Shown here in pieces: positions 56,442-64,000 of a DNA stretch of 64,000 nucleotides. The stretch is from a virus. The DNA lies in IMG/VR virus record IMGVR_UViG_3300020183_000040, positions 21,187 to 85,186 of that record; one strand, given 5' to 3'. Under the pieces are notes generated by a model, which saw only the letters and a program-made list of their open reading frames with translations, was not told the origin of the DNA and did not search any database. Numbering within the stretch: the stretch's first letter is position 1; each line of letters begins with the position of its first letter. The translations under genes were made by a program, and so were the position numbers.

Positions 56442-56947
56442 ATATTTTTGTCACTAATAAGTATCCTGCAGAATCTGCGATTGTTTTGCCAGACAAGCAT
56501 ATCGTAAAGATGCCACTCGAATGTTGTCAAATGTTATCTATTGTAGCATCCAAGTGGTATCACAACTATGGACCTCTACCAAAACTAGATGGCAAACCTT
56601 ATGCAACTGAAAAAGGTGCATTTAGAAATCATCCCTGTACTCAATGGGCTGCAAAGTCTGTACACAATGCATACTGGTTGATCAAACATGGAATGAATCT
56701 ATGTGATGAATATGCAGTACGTTACAACAAAATACACTCGTGTTATAATACTTTGCTTTCAGCATATTATCTTTTCCCCAAAGGAAAGGTTACAAAAGTA
56801 ACACCATTTGTACGTGCAATGCCAGATATATATAAATTTGACGACAGCATAGATACCTATAGTGCTTACAAAATATACATTGCATCAAAACCCTGGGTTG
56901 CTAGTAATTATATCAAACTGCCTCAACGCAAACCAGAGTGGGTTTGA
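56438..56947 (+). CDS. Pyrimidine-dimer DNA glycosylase (DenV/endonuclease V superfamily)
   Basis: MNIF..LPDKHIVKMPLECCQML, NHPCTQW, EY..RY.K.H and RAMPD motifs; start revised to 56438. Confidence 0.75.
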   Translation: MNIFVTNKYPAESAIVLPDKHIVKMPLECCQMLSIVASKWYHNYGPLPKLDGKPYATEKGAFRNHPCTQWAAKSVHNAYWLIKHGMNLCDEYAVRYNKIHSCYNTLLSAYYLFPKGKVTKVTPFVRAMPDIYKFDDSIDTYSAYKIYIASKPWVASNYIKLPQRKPEWV

Positions 56948-56975
56948 TGGTCAGTTAGCCAACTGGACTTGACTC

Positions 56976-57004
56976 TTGCCATTTACGATTCCTAGTGCTA
57001 TAAT
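56976..57004 (+). promoter_or_regulatory. sigma70-type promoter for cobS
   Basis: TTGCCA-17nt-TATAAT with extended TG; GAGG RBS downstream. Confidence 0.75.
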
Positions 57005-57030
57005 AACAAGGTACACAAAGAGGACACACG

Positions 57031-58116
57031 ATGCCTAAACCTAGCGTAAGCACCGAGCAACTGGTTCAGACTTTGACCGATAGCTTTGGTAAAACAGTAA
57101 ATGCTAAACAGGTGCAAACAGTTGCTGATCAACTTGGCATCACTTATATTACTGCGTCTAGAAAACTTGATCAGTTCAAGGAAGGTCGTGGTAAATGGAA
57201 TCTTACCACTCAAGAAGTACGGCAACAACTTGAAACAATAATTTCATCATTTGTTCCATCATCTGATAGTAACTTTGTTCCTTTCGGTAACTTCAGTGAC
57301 ATCAAAAAAATTATTCGCAGTAAACAGTTCTATCCAATTTTTATTACTGGACTATCTGGAAATGGAAAAACTGTTGGTGTTGAACAAGCATGTGCTCAAC
57401 TACAACGTGATTTGATTCGTGTAAACATTACGATTGAGACTGATGAAGATGACCTTATTGGCGGTTTCCGCCTTGTTGATGGTGCCACTGTTTGGCACAA
57501 TGGTCCAGTTATTGAAGCCCTCGAACGAGGGGCGGTCTTGTTACTTGACGAGATTGACCTTGCCTCCAACAAAATCCTTTGTCTACAATCCGTGCTAGAA
57601 GGTAAAGGAGTCTTCTTGAAGAAGATCGGTCGTTATGTTCAACCTGCGCCTGGATTCACAGTAGTTGCCACTGCTAACACCAAAGGTAAAGGTTCTGACG
57701 ATGGACGCTTCATCGGCACTAACGTGTTGAACGAAGCATTCCTTGAGAGGTTCCCAATCACACTTGAGCAGGACTATCCTACTGCTAATATCGAAACTAA
57801 AATTCTTACCAACTATGGTTGCGATACTGAGTTTGCTGATAATCTAGTGAAGTGGGCAGGCGTTATCCGCAAGACTTTCTTTGATGGTGGTGTTGATGAA
57901 GTTATTAGCACTCGTCGTCTTGTGCATATTGTTGAAGCGTACAATATCTTTGGTGATCGACTCAAAGCAATTCAAGTTTGCGTGAATCGATTTGATGAAG
58001 ATACTAAGCAATCCTTTGTCGAACTCTACACCAAGGTTGATTCTGGTGAAGATCCCGATGATGACGAATCTCCAGAAGAGATGGTGCGGCGTCATGCTAT
58101 GGAATCGATCTCTTGA
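57031..58116 (+). CDS. cobS: CobS/MoxR-like AAA+ ATPase
   Basis: GLSGNGKT Walker A, LLLDEID Walker B, ATANTKGKG, NEAFLERF and ISTRRL motifs. Confidence 0.9.
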   Translation: MPKPSVSTEQLVQTLTDSFGKTVNAKQVQTVADQLGITYITASRKLDQFKEGRGKWNLTTQEVRQQLETIISSFVPSSDSNFVPFGNFSDIKKIIRSKQFYPIFITGLSGNGKTVGVEQACAQLQRDLIRVNITIETDEDDLIGGFRLVDGATVWHNGPVIEALERGAVLLLDEIDLASNKILCLQSVLEGKGVFLKKIGRYVQPAPGFTVVATANTKGKGSDDGRFIGTNVLNEAFLERFPITLEQDYPTANIETKILTNYGCDTEFADNLVKWAGVIRKTFFDGGVDEVISTRRLVHIVEAYNIFGDRLKAIQVCVNRFDEDTKQSFVELYTKVDSGEDPDDDESPEEMVRRHAMESIS

Positions 58117-58141
58117 CATATCAAACTGAAATCTCTATAAT
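58113..58141 (+). promoter_or_regulatory. Perfect sigma70 consensus promoter
   Basis: TTGACA-17nt-TATAAT upstream of the clamp/clamp-loader operon. Confidence 0.85.
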
Positions 58142-58165
58142 AGAAGAACAACTCTATCTTTCATT

Positions 58166-58453
58166 ATGAACTTGAAGTACAACGAAGACGTAATTCTTGA
58201 CGAATTACGTCAATACATTATGAACACTTACACCCAACACTATTCTGTTGGCGATGATAAGATTCAAACTCTAGATTTGATTGAGGCATGTGGTGACGGC
58301 GAAGCTTTTTGCCGTAGTAATATCTTGAAGTATGCTTCACGATATGATAAAAAAGGTAGCGCCCGCATGGACATTATGAAAGTGCTACATTATGCAGTTC
58401 TTCTGCTAAACTTCAATGACAAAAATGCCACCCGTGACAATTACAACCAATGA
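58166..58453 (+). CDS. Conserved hypothetical protein (DUF3310-like)
   Basis: TYTQHYS, FCRSNILKYASRYDKKG and DIMKVLHYA motifs. Confidence 0.8.
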   Translation: MNLKYNEDVILDELRQYIMNTYTQHYSVGDDKIQTLDLIEACGDGEAFCRSNILKYASRYDKKGSARMDIMKVLHYAVLLLNFNDKNATRDNYNQ

Positions 58454-59106
58454 CAGTATTGACTACTACCACACATAAAATCCTCAAGAACTTTGCTTCG
58501 ATCAATAACTCTATTGTGATCAAACCTGGAAGCACTATTGGCACATTGAGTGTGAATAAAAACATTCTTGCTGTTGCAGATGTAGAAGAAAAATTTGAAA
58601 AGCAAATTTCAATCTACGATCTTAGTCAGTTCCTGCATGGATTCTCATTCTTCAATGTTCCTGAGGTTGTGACTGATAATGAAAGTTATGTAACTGTAAC
58701 TGAGCATGGAAACGATACAAAAAAAGTGCGTTTCTATTATGCAGATCCTGATATTATCGTACAACCCCCAGATAAAACGATTGTACTTCCTTCCGTAGAC
58801 GTGTCTTTCACCATCTCTGAAAGTAATCTGACAGAGTTGCGTAGGGCAGCGTATGTATTTGGTCTTCCTGATATTTGTGTGTATGGTGATAAAAAAATGA
58901 TCACTATCTGCACAACTGATAAGAAGAACGATACCTCACATACCTATACCTTTGAACTTGGACCTACAACTAAAGAGTTTTGCTACTGCCTCAAAGTTGA
59001 AAATCTTAGAATTCTAAATCAAGATTATAAGGTTAGCATCAGCAATTCGAATGTAGCATACTTTGATGGTGGCAATGTCCGTTATTGGATCGCTCTAGAA
59101 CCATGA
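58450..59106 (+). CDS. gp45: DNA polymerase sliding clamp gp45
   Basis: ILKNFASINNSI, IYDLSQFL, KVENL and YWIALE motifs. Confidence 0.93.
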   Translation: MTVLTTTTHKILKNFASINNSIVIKPGSTIGTLSVNKNILAVADVEEKFEKQISIYDLSQFLHGFSFFNVPEVVTDNESYVTVTEHGNDTKKVRFYYADPDIIVQPPDKTIVLPSVDVSFTISESNLTELRRAAYVFGLPDICVYGDKKMITICTTDKKNDTSHTYTFELGPTTKEFCYCLKVENLRILNQDYKVSISNSNVAYFDGGNVRYWIALEP

Positions 59107-59654
59107 ATAACTTTGAATTCTATGGATATGATTTCATACCAGGAATTCTAACTCCTAAAGATGCTGCAAATCTTCACCAAGATTTACAGCAACAAGAGTT
59201 CGATAAAGAACCACCAGAGTACGATCCTGGTAGAGGTCTAGTCAAGATGGTTTACAAACCAAAATGTGCTGAAGATATATTCGATCAAGTACATCATTTA
59301 CTAGAAACGTACCTGAGTACTGCTCTATATCCTACCTACTGGTTTTGTACTCAATATTACAACAAGTCTTACATGGCAGCACATAAAGATCGTGGGGCAT
59401 GTGAGGTATCCATAAGCATGAATATCTCACAAGATGGTTTACCATGGGACTTGTGTTTACGTGATAAAACTGGTAGAATTATTCGTCGCAAAACAAATCC
59501 TGGCGACGGGGTTCTATATGCTGGTACAGAAGTAACACATTGGAGAACTCCATATCAAGGGCGAATCTACACTCAACTATTCCTTCATTATGTCAAAAAA
59601 AATGGAAAATACTCAGACTTCAAATACGACGAGCTCAAGTCCTCCCCTAACTAG
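59103..59654 (+). CDS. 2OG-Fe(II) oxygenase-like protein
   Basis: LYPTYWF, HKD (HxD), CEVSIS, GDGVLY, HWR and QLFLHYV motifs. Confidence 0.8.
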   Translation: MNNFEFYGYDFIPGILTPKDAANLHQDLQQQEFDKEPPEYDPGRGLVKMVYKPKCAEDIFDQVHHLLETYLSTALYPTYWFCTQYYNKSYMAAHKDRGACEVSISMNISQDGLPWDLCLRDKTGRIIRRKTNPGDGVLYAGTEVTHWRTPYQGRIYTQLFLHYVKKNGKYSDFKYDELKSSPN

Positions 59655-60192
59655 ACCCATTGTACAGGGAGGTGTTCTTCAAACTAGTCGTGAATGTGGT
59701 ACTTGTAAAGAATGTTGTGGAGGATGGTTGTGGGGCGAAGCGCATGGCATCCCATTCTTTCCCAATCACCCATGTCATTATCTAGATCCTAATCCTGGTC
59801 GCTGTGGTGGATGTACTATTTACGAAGATCGTCCTGCAATATGTAGAGATTTTCAGTGCCTTTGGCTTCAAGATTTACAAATGCCTGGATGGATGAAACC
59901 TGAATTCTCTAAAGTTATTATGTACCAACGTACATATGAAGATGTTGAAGGTGAGGTCCATGAACCTGGTTGGAGCATCACCTGGGTCTCTATGGTAGAA
60001 TGTGGTGAAACTGTCGATCCTACAGTGTTGAATTGGGTTATTACCCAGGCACGAACACAAGAATTCAATTTGCATTACCAAGTAAAGAAGACTGATTACT
60101 ATATGGGTAGTCCAGTATTCCAAGACTTTGCACGTACTTACGGTCTGCAAAGTAAAACGACTGTTGTTGTACATGAGGAAGAACATGCATGA
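59590..60192 (+). CDS. YkgJ-like Cys-cluster (CxxCxxCC) Fe-S/zinc protein
   Basis: RECGTCKECC...C...CTIYEDRPAICRDFQCLW; start may be 59602. Confidence 0.75.
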   Translation: MSKKMENTQTSNTTSSSPPLTRPIVQGGVLQTSRECGTCKECCGGWLWGEAHGIPFFPNHPCHYLDPNPGRCGGCTIYEDRPAICRDFQCLWLQDLQMPGWMKPEFSKVIMYQRTYEDVEGEVHEPGWSITWVSMVECGETVDPTVLNWVITQARTQEFNLHYQVKKTDYYMGSPVFQDFARTYGLQSKTTVVVHEEEHA

Positions 60193-61126
60193 TTTTCTTT
60201 GGGTTGAAAAATATCGTCCACAGTCAGTTGAAGATTGTATCCTACCTGAAGAAATCAAATCTATCTTTACTGGATTCTTGAAGCAGGGAGAGATACCTAA
60301 TCTTCTTCTAGCTGGAACTGCTGGTGTTGGTAAGACTACTATTGCTAAGGCACTTTGCCAAGAACTTGATGTAGACTACATGGTCATCAACGGATCTGAT
60401 GAGGGTCGTTTTCTAGAAACTGTTAGGAATCAAGCAAAGGCATTCGCATCAACCGTCTCATTGACCTCTAGCAGTCGCCACAAGGTGCTTATCATCGATG
60501 AGGCAGATAACACTACTCATGATGTTCAACTCCTTCTGAGGGCATCTATCGAGGAGTTTCAGCGTAACTGTCGATTTATCTTTACCTGTAACTACAAAAA
60601 CAAAATTATTGATCCTCTTCATTCTCGTACTACAGTCGTTGATTTCAATGTAACTGGAAAACAGAAGGTTGATATTGCACAGCAATTTTTACTACGCTGT
60701 TGTGACATCCTTTCGCTTGAGCATGTCGAGTATGAACGTAAGGTTGTCGCTGAACTTATTATGAAGTTCTTTCCAGACTTCAGGCGTGTGCTCAATGAGT
60801 TACAAAGATATTCATCTACAGGTAAAATTGATACTGGAATCATTGCAGTATGCGGAGATGAAAGTTATGCTGCCCTCACAGATGCTTTGAAAGGTAAAAA
60901 CTTTACTCAGGTGAAGAAGTGGGTTGACCAAAATATTGATAACTCACCTACCTTGATTATGCGAGGTATTTACGAGCGACTATATACAATGCTTGATAAA
61001 AAAAGTATTGCTGCCGCAGTGCTAATTATTGCTGAGTATCAGTATAAGTCTGCATTTGTTGCTGACCAGGAAGTCAATCTTCTTGCGTTTCTTACTCAAA
61101 TTATGTTAGAGTGTGAATTCTTATGA
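60185..61126 (+). CDS. gp44: Clamp loader large subunit gp44
   Basis: WVEKYRP, GTAGVGKTT, IIDEAD, FIFTCN and FPDFRR motifs; start revised to ATG 60185. Confidence 0.96.
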   Translation: MHDFLWVEKYRPQSVEDCILPEEIKSIFTGFLKQGEIPNLLLAGTAGVGKTTIAKALCQELDVDYMVINGSDEGRFLETVRNQAKAFASTVSLTSSSRHKVLIIDEADNTTHDVQLLLRASIEEFQRNCRFIFTCNYKNKIIDPLHSRTTVVDFNVTGKQKVDIAQQFLLRCCDILSLEHVEYERKVVAELIMKFFPDFRRVLNELQRYSSTGKIDTGIIAVCGDESYAALTDALKGKNFTQVKKWVDQNIDNSPTLIMRGIYERLYTMLDKKSIAAAVLIIAEYQYKSAFVADQEVNLLAFLTQIMLECEFL

Positions 61127-62022
61127 ACCTAAAAACACCCCTCAGATATCCTGGAGGTAAATCTCGTGCTACCGTAAAACTAGCACAGTTCCTTCCAGAT
61201 ATGGAAAAGATTACTTACTATAGAGAACCATTCCTTGGAGGTGGATCTGTTGCACTTTACATGACACAGAGGTATCCACATCTACAAGTATGGGTAAACG
61301 ATCTATATTTACCCCTATGTGTTTTTTGGACGGTCCTTCGTGATAATTCAAAGGATCTTCATCGTATTCTAAAGGAGTACAAAACTCTACATGATACTCC
61401 AGAATCTGCCAGAGAACTTTTCAATCAGATGAAAGTTGCTATAGATAATCCTAAGTTAGGTGAGTTGGATATAGCTGTAGCATTTTATGTAATCAACAAG
61501 TGTAGTTTTTCTGGACTTACTGAAAGTTCCTCATTCAGTGCTCAAGCATCTAATTCAAATTTTAGTATGCGTGGAATTGATAACATACCAGAATATTCTA
61601 AAATAATTCAAAACTGGAAGATTACAAATTATAGTTATACTCGGGTAATGGGTAATGGTCAAGACATTCTAATTTATCTGGACCCACCATATGAAATCAA
61701 AGACAAGTTGTATGGCAAGTCTGGCAACATGCACTCAGGATTCAATCATGACAAATTTGCAGGTATCTGCCAAGAACATGTAGAAGCAACTAAGATGCTG
61801 GTATCATATAACTCAAGTCAATTGATTCGGGAACGATTTGCTGGCAAATGGTCTCCCTATGAATATGACCACACATATACTATGAGATCTGTTGGAGACT
61901 ACATGGCAGATCAAAAAAATCGTAAAGAACTTGCTCTTATAAATTATGACATCAGACCAGAACTACCAACTAAAGGATTATCTAAAAACAATAAATCAAA
62001 CAAAACAAAATCTGATGCGTGA
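61123..62022 (+). CDS. dam: DNA adenine methyltransferase (Dam/D12 class)
   Basis: TPLRYPGGKS, EPFLGGGSV, WVND and LDPPY motifs. Confidence 0.9.
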   Translation: MNLKTPLRYPGGKSRATVKLAQFLPDMEKITYYREPFLGGGSVALYMTQRYPHLQVWVNDLYLPLCVFWTVLRDNSKDLHRILKEYKTLHDTPESARELFNQMKVAIDNPKLGELDIAVAFYVINKCSFSGLTESSSFSAQASNSNFSMRGIDNIPEYSKIIQNWKITNYSYTRVMGNGQDILIYLDPPYEIKDKLYGKSGNMHSGFNHDKFAGICQEHVEATKMLVSYNSSQLIRERFAGKWSPYEYDHTYTMRSVGDYMADQKNRKELALINYDIRPELPTKGLSKNNKSNKTKSDA

Positions 62023-62350
62023 GGGAGATCCTCTTTGGCAAAAGAAGTATCCAGCATTTATTATCAACAAGTGTTTATCATTTCATATTGATACTGTCAT
62101 GTATGCAAATGAAATGAACCAACATAATTCCATCGACAATCAACTGCAATATGATTTTTATATAAATATTGTGAGACCAAGGGCAAGATTTGCACCTTGG
62201 GGTAAGAAGGAAAAGGTGAGCGATCTAGATTTCGTCAAGCAATATTATGGTTATAACAACCAAAAAGCATTAGACGCCCTTCGCATTTTGACTTCTACCC
62301 AACTTGAGTTTATTCGGTCAAAATTGAATACGGGTGGTAAAAATGGATGA
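61946..62350 (+). CDS. gp62: Clamp loader small subunit gp62
   Basis: LKDYLKTIN, YPAFIINKCLS, ANEMN, QYDFY and VKQYYGY motifs. Confidence 0.92.
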   Translation: MTSDQNYQLKDYLKTINQTKQNLMREGDPLWQKKYPAFIINKCLSFHIDTVMYANEMNQHNSIDNQLQYDFYINIVRPRARFAPWGKKEKVSDLDFVKQYYGYNNQKALDALRILTSTQLEFIRSKLNTGGKNG

Positions 62351-62783
62351 TATTGAAATTTTTTGGGACAAGAATAAAATGGTCGAGGTCACCCTTGGTG
62401 AACCAGATGACTTTTTGAAAGTTCGTGAAACTCTGACACGTATTGGGGTCGCGTCTAGAAGGGAACATAAACTGTACCAATCTTGCCATATCCTTCATAA
62501 AAAAGGGCAGTATTATATCGTACACTTCAAAGAACTATTTGCACTTGATGGTAAAAAAGCAAATATTACTTTGAATGATATTCAACGTAGAAATAGAATT
62601 ATTCAATTACTTTCTGATTGGGGATTGGTAACAATTGTTGATGCTACATCTATTGAAGATCTCGCACCCCTAAGTCAAATCAAAGTTATTGCACATAAAG
62701 ATAAAGAAGAATGGAATCTAGAGTCTAAGTATAATATTGGTAAACGTAAAATTCCAACATCTGAGGTTCGATCCGATAAATAG
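62343..62783 (+). CDS. regA: Translational repressor RegA
   Basis: PDDFLKVRETLTRIGVAS and LYQSCHILHKKGQYYIVHFKELFALDG motifs. Confidence 0.97.
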   Translation: MDDIEIFWDKNKMVEVTLGEPDDFLKVRETLTRIGVASRREHKLYQSCHILHKKGQYYIVHFKELFALDGKKANITLNDIQRRNRIIQLLSDWGLVTIVDATSIEDLAPLSQIKVIAHKDKEEWNLESKYNIGKRKIPTSEVRSDK

Positions 62784-62805
62784 ATCGGACTTCATCATTA
62801 CAACG

Positions 62806-63123
62806 ATGGACAAGAAAAAGGAAAATGCTATGGGACAATTGATTCGTATATGTATTTTGAGTTGGTCTGCTGCTCTTCTCACCGCTAGCTATTCAGGTAT
62901 GCTATCCAAAATGGATCCCACCTTTATTGCTACTGTGTTCACAGCATCTGCTGCTACGTTCGGTATCAATACCATGAAGAAAGGTGATGATGAAGAATCT
63001 AAAGCACCAGAAGCACGTAGAGAAGAATTTGTAGTTGCTCCTCCAGAACCACCATCACCAGAAATAACTCTTGAAGAAAGAGTTGAAGCTCTGGAAGAGG
63101 GACAAGTTCAACCAAGAACCTAA
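62806..63123 (+). CDS. Hypothetical membrane protein with two hydrophobic helices
   Basis: Start revised to ATG 62806, after GATAAATA at 62775; ICILSWSAALLTASY and DPTFIATVFTASAATFGI. Confidence 0.7.
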   Translation: MDKKKENAMGQLIRICILSWSAALLTASYSGMLSKMDPTFIATVFTASAATFGINTMKKGDDEESKAPEARREEFVVAPPEPPSPEITLEERVEALEEGQVQPRT

Positions 63124-63146
63124 GAATTGTCGGTGTATACTAATCT

Positions 63147-63177
63147 AAAGTGTGGTTCCTACTACCACACTTTTTTT
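63147..63177 (+). terminator. Rho-independent terminator
   Basis: AAAGTGTGGT-TCCTACT-ACCACACTTT followed by a T run. Confidence 0.8.
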
Positions 63178-63197
63178 GTTAGCTCTTATAATTAGTA

Positions 63198-63252
63198 GTG
63201 GATGCCGTAAGGGTCCACAAAATACAAACTCGCTTACAAAGGAGCTAACAAC
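63198..63252 (+). promoter_or_regulatory. Structured hsp20 5'UTR, candidate ROSE-like RNA thermometer
   Basis: TATAAT at 63187; GNRA hairpin at 63198-63218; CTCGCT (63229-34) can pair with the AGGAG SD (63240-44). Confidence 0.5.
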
Positions 63253-63687
63253 ATGACTAACCTAACAAGGTATACTACTGCGGATCTTCCTACATTGTTG
63301 GAGAAGATTACTCGCAACTCTATCGGAATGGATGAATATTTTGATAGATTGTTCAAAGTTCATGAATCAACTTCTAACTATCCTCCATACAATCTAGTAC
63401 AAGTCAGTAACGTAGAATCGAGACTTGAGGTTGCTCTTGCAGGATTTAGAAAGAAAGAAGTCTTTGTCTATACACAAGATGGTAAACTTTTTGTGGAAGG
63501 ACAAAAAGAGGATAAAGAAACGGATTCTAATTATCTTCACAAAGGTTTAGCACAAAGAAGTTTTACACGAACCTGGACACTCTCTGATGATACTGAAGTA
63601 AAATCGGTTGAGTTTGGGGATGGACTTTTGACCGTAGTGCTCGGTAGAGTTGTTCCAGAAACTCATAAACGAAAGGATTATCTTTGA
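63253..63687 (+). CDS. hsp20: Small heat-shock protein Hsp20
   Basis: NYPPYNLV, LEVALAGF, YLHKGLAQRSF and DGLLTV alpha-crystallin motifs. Confidence 0.95.
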   Translation: MTNLTRYTTADLPTLLEKITRNSIGMDEYFDRLFKVHESTSNYPPYNLVQVSNVESRLEVALAGFRKKEVFVYTQDGKLFVEGQKEDKETDSNYLHKGLAQRSFTRTWTLSDDTEVKSVEFGDGLLTVVLGRVVPETHKRKDYL

Positions 63688-63701
63688 TAACCTGTTCTTA
63701 G

Positions 63702-63730
63702 TTGACATATTCCCAAGTTTATGTCATACT
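63702..63730 (+). promoter_or_regulatory. sigma70-type promoter
   Basis: TTGACA-17nt-CATACT with extended TG. Confidence 0.7.
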
Positions 63731-63737
63731 ATATACA

Positions 63738-63840
63738 TTCAGGTGATGAGACCTCAATTACTCGTTGACTCACTGAACACGGAGTTTGTCGAAACTCCTT
63801 CCATCCGCAGGTATTATTCTGCGAGAAACTTAGAGGTACA
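63738..63840 (+). ncRNA. Candidate structured cis-regulatory leader RNA
   Basis: Three hairpins (63738-77, 63781-98, 63806-23) plus an anti-SD ACCTC/GAGGT complementarity. Confidence 0.45.
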
Positions 63841-63846
63841 ATTTTT

Positions 63847-64000
63847 ATGTATAAATCCGCAATCGCAGCTGTCGCAGCTGCTCCTTTCCTTGCCACCGCT
63901 GCGTTCGCTGGCCCTTATGTAGAATCGAAAACCACTGCTGGTCTTTCTGATGGCACTTACAAAGGTGCTCAAACCGAACTTCGTGTTGGTTACGAAGAGA
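63847..64000 (+). CDS. Secreted or outer-membrane beta-barrel-like protein, 3'-truncated (not in ORF track)
   Basis: MYKSAIAAVAAAPFLATAAFA|GPYVESK...ELRVGYE; signal peptide with an AFA cleavage site; GAGG RBS. Confidence 0.7.
   Translation, partial: MYKSAIAAVAAAPFLATAAFAGPYVESKTTAGLSDGTYKGAQTELRVGYEE

Noticed and set aside
57031-58116. cobS as evidence of a cobalamin-synthesis auxiliary pathway
   Set aside because: No other cob genes are in the window; it is better explained as a MoxR-type ATPase paired with the VWA protein.
63650-63922. 90-aa ORF in the track
   Set aside because: It spans a promoter and structured leader; the real gene begins at ATG 63847 in another frame with an RBS and signal peptide.

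Overview
This is the core structural and replication region of a T4-like cyanomyovirus (Kyanoviridae-like, probably a Synechococcus phage), with all credible genes on the + strand. In order it holds: a giant baseplate protein (5'-truncated), YHYH/cupredoxin structural proteins, gp8, a VrlC-like protein, a long tail fibre, gp13-gp16, an accessory island, gp17-gp23, gp3, uvsY, uvsW, gp55, gp47/46, three tRNAs, a VWA-peptidase/CobS pair, gp45/44/62, dam, regA, hsp20 and the start of a secreted or outer-membrane protein. T4 late (TATAAATA) and sigma70-type promoters are visible. The most notable observations are: (1) a polyprotein after gp16 with three T4 capsid-targeting/gp21-cleavage-like motifs, whose first module carries SAM-lyase catalytic motifs, making it a candidate virion-injected anti-defence cargo; (2) apparent total avoidance of TTAA (and CCGG) in an AT-rich genome; (3) a 93-nt tRNA-Ile(UAU) with a second anticodon-like arm; (4) a ROSE-like thermometer before hsp20, a switch-like leader before the OMP gene, and an antisense promoter back-to-back with the gp55 promoter. 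All family assignments come from motif recognition by eye; no database searches or k-mer counts were run.
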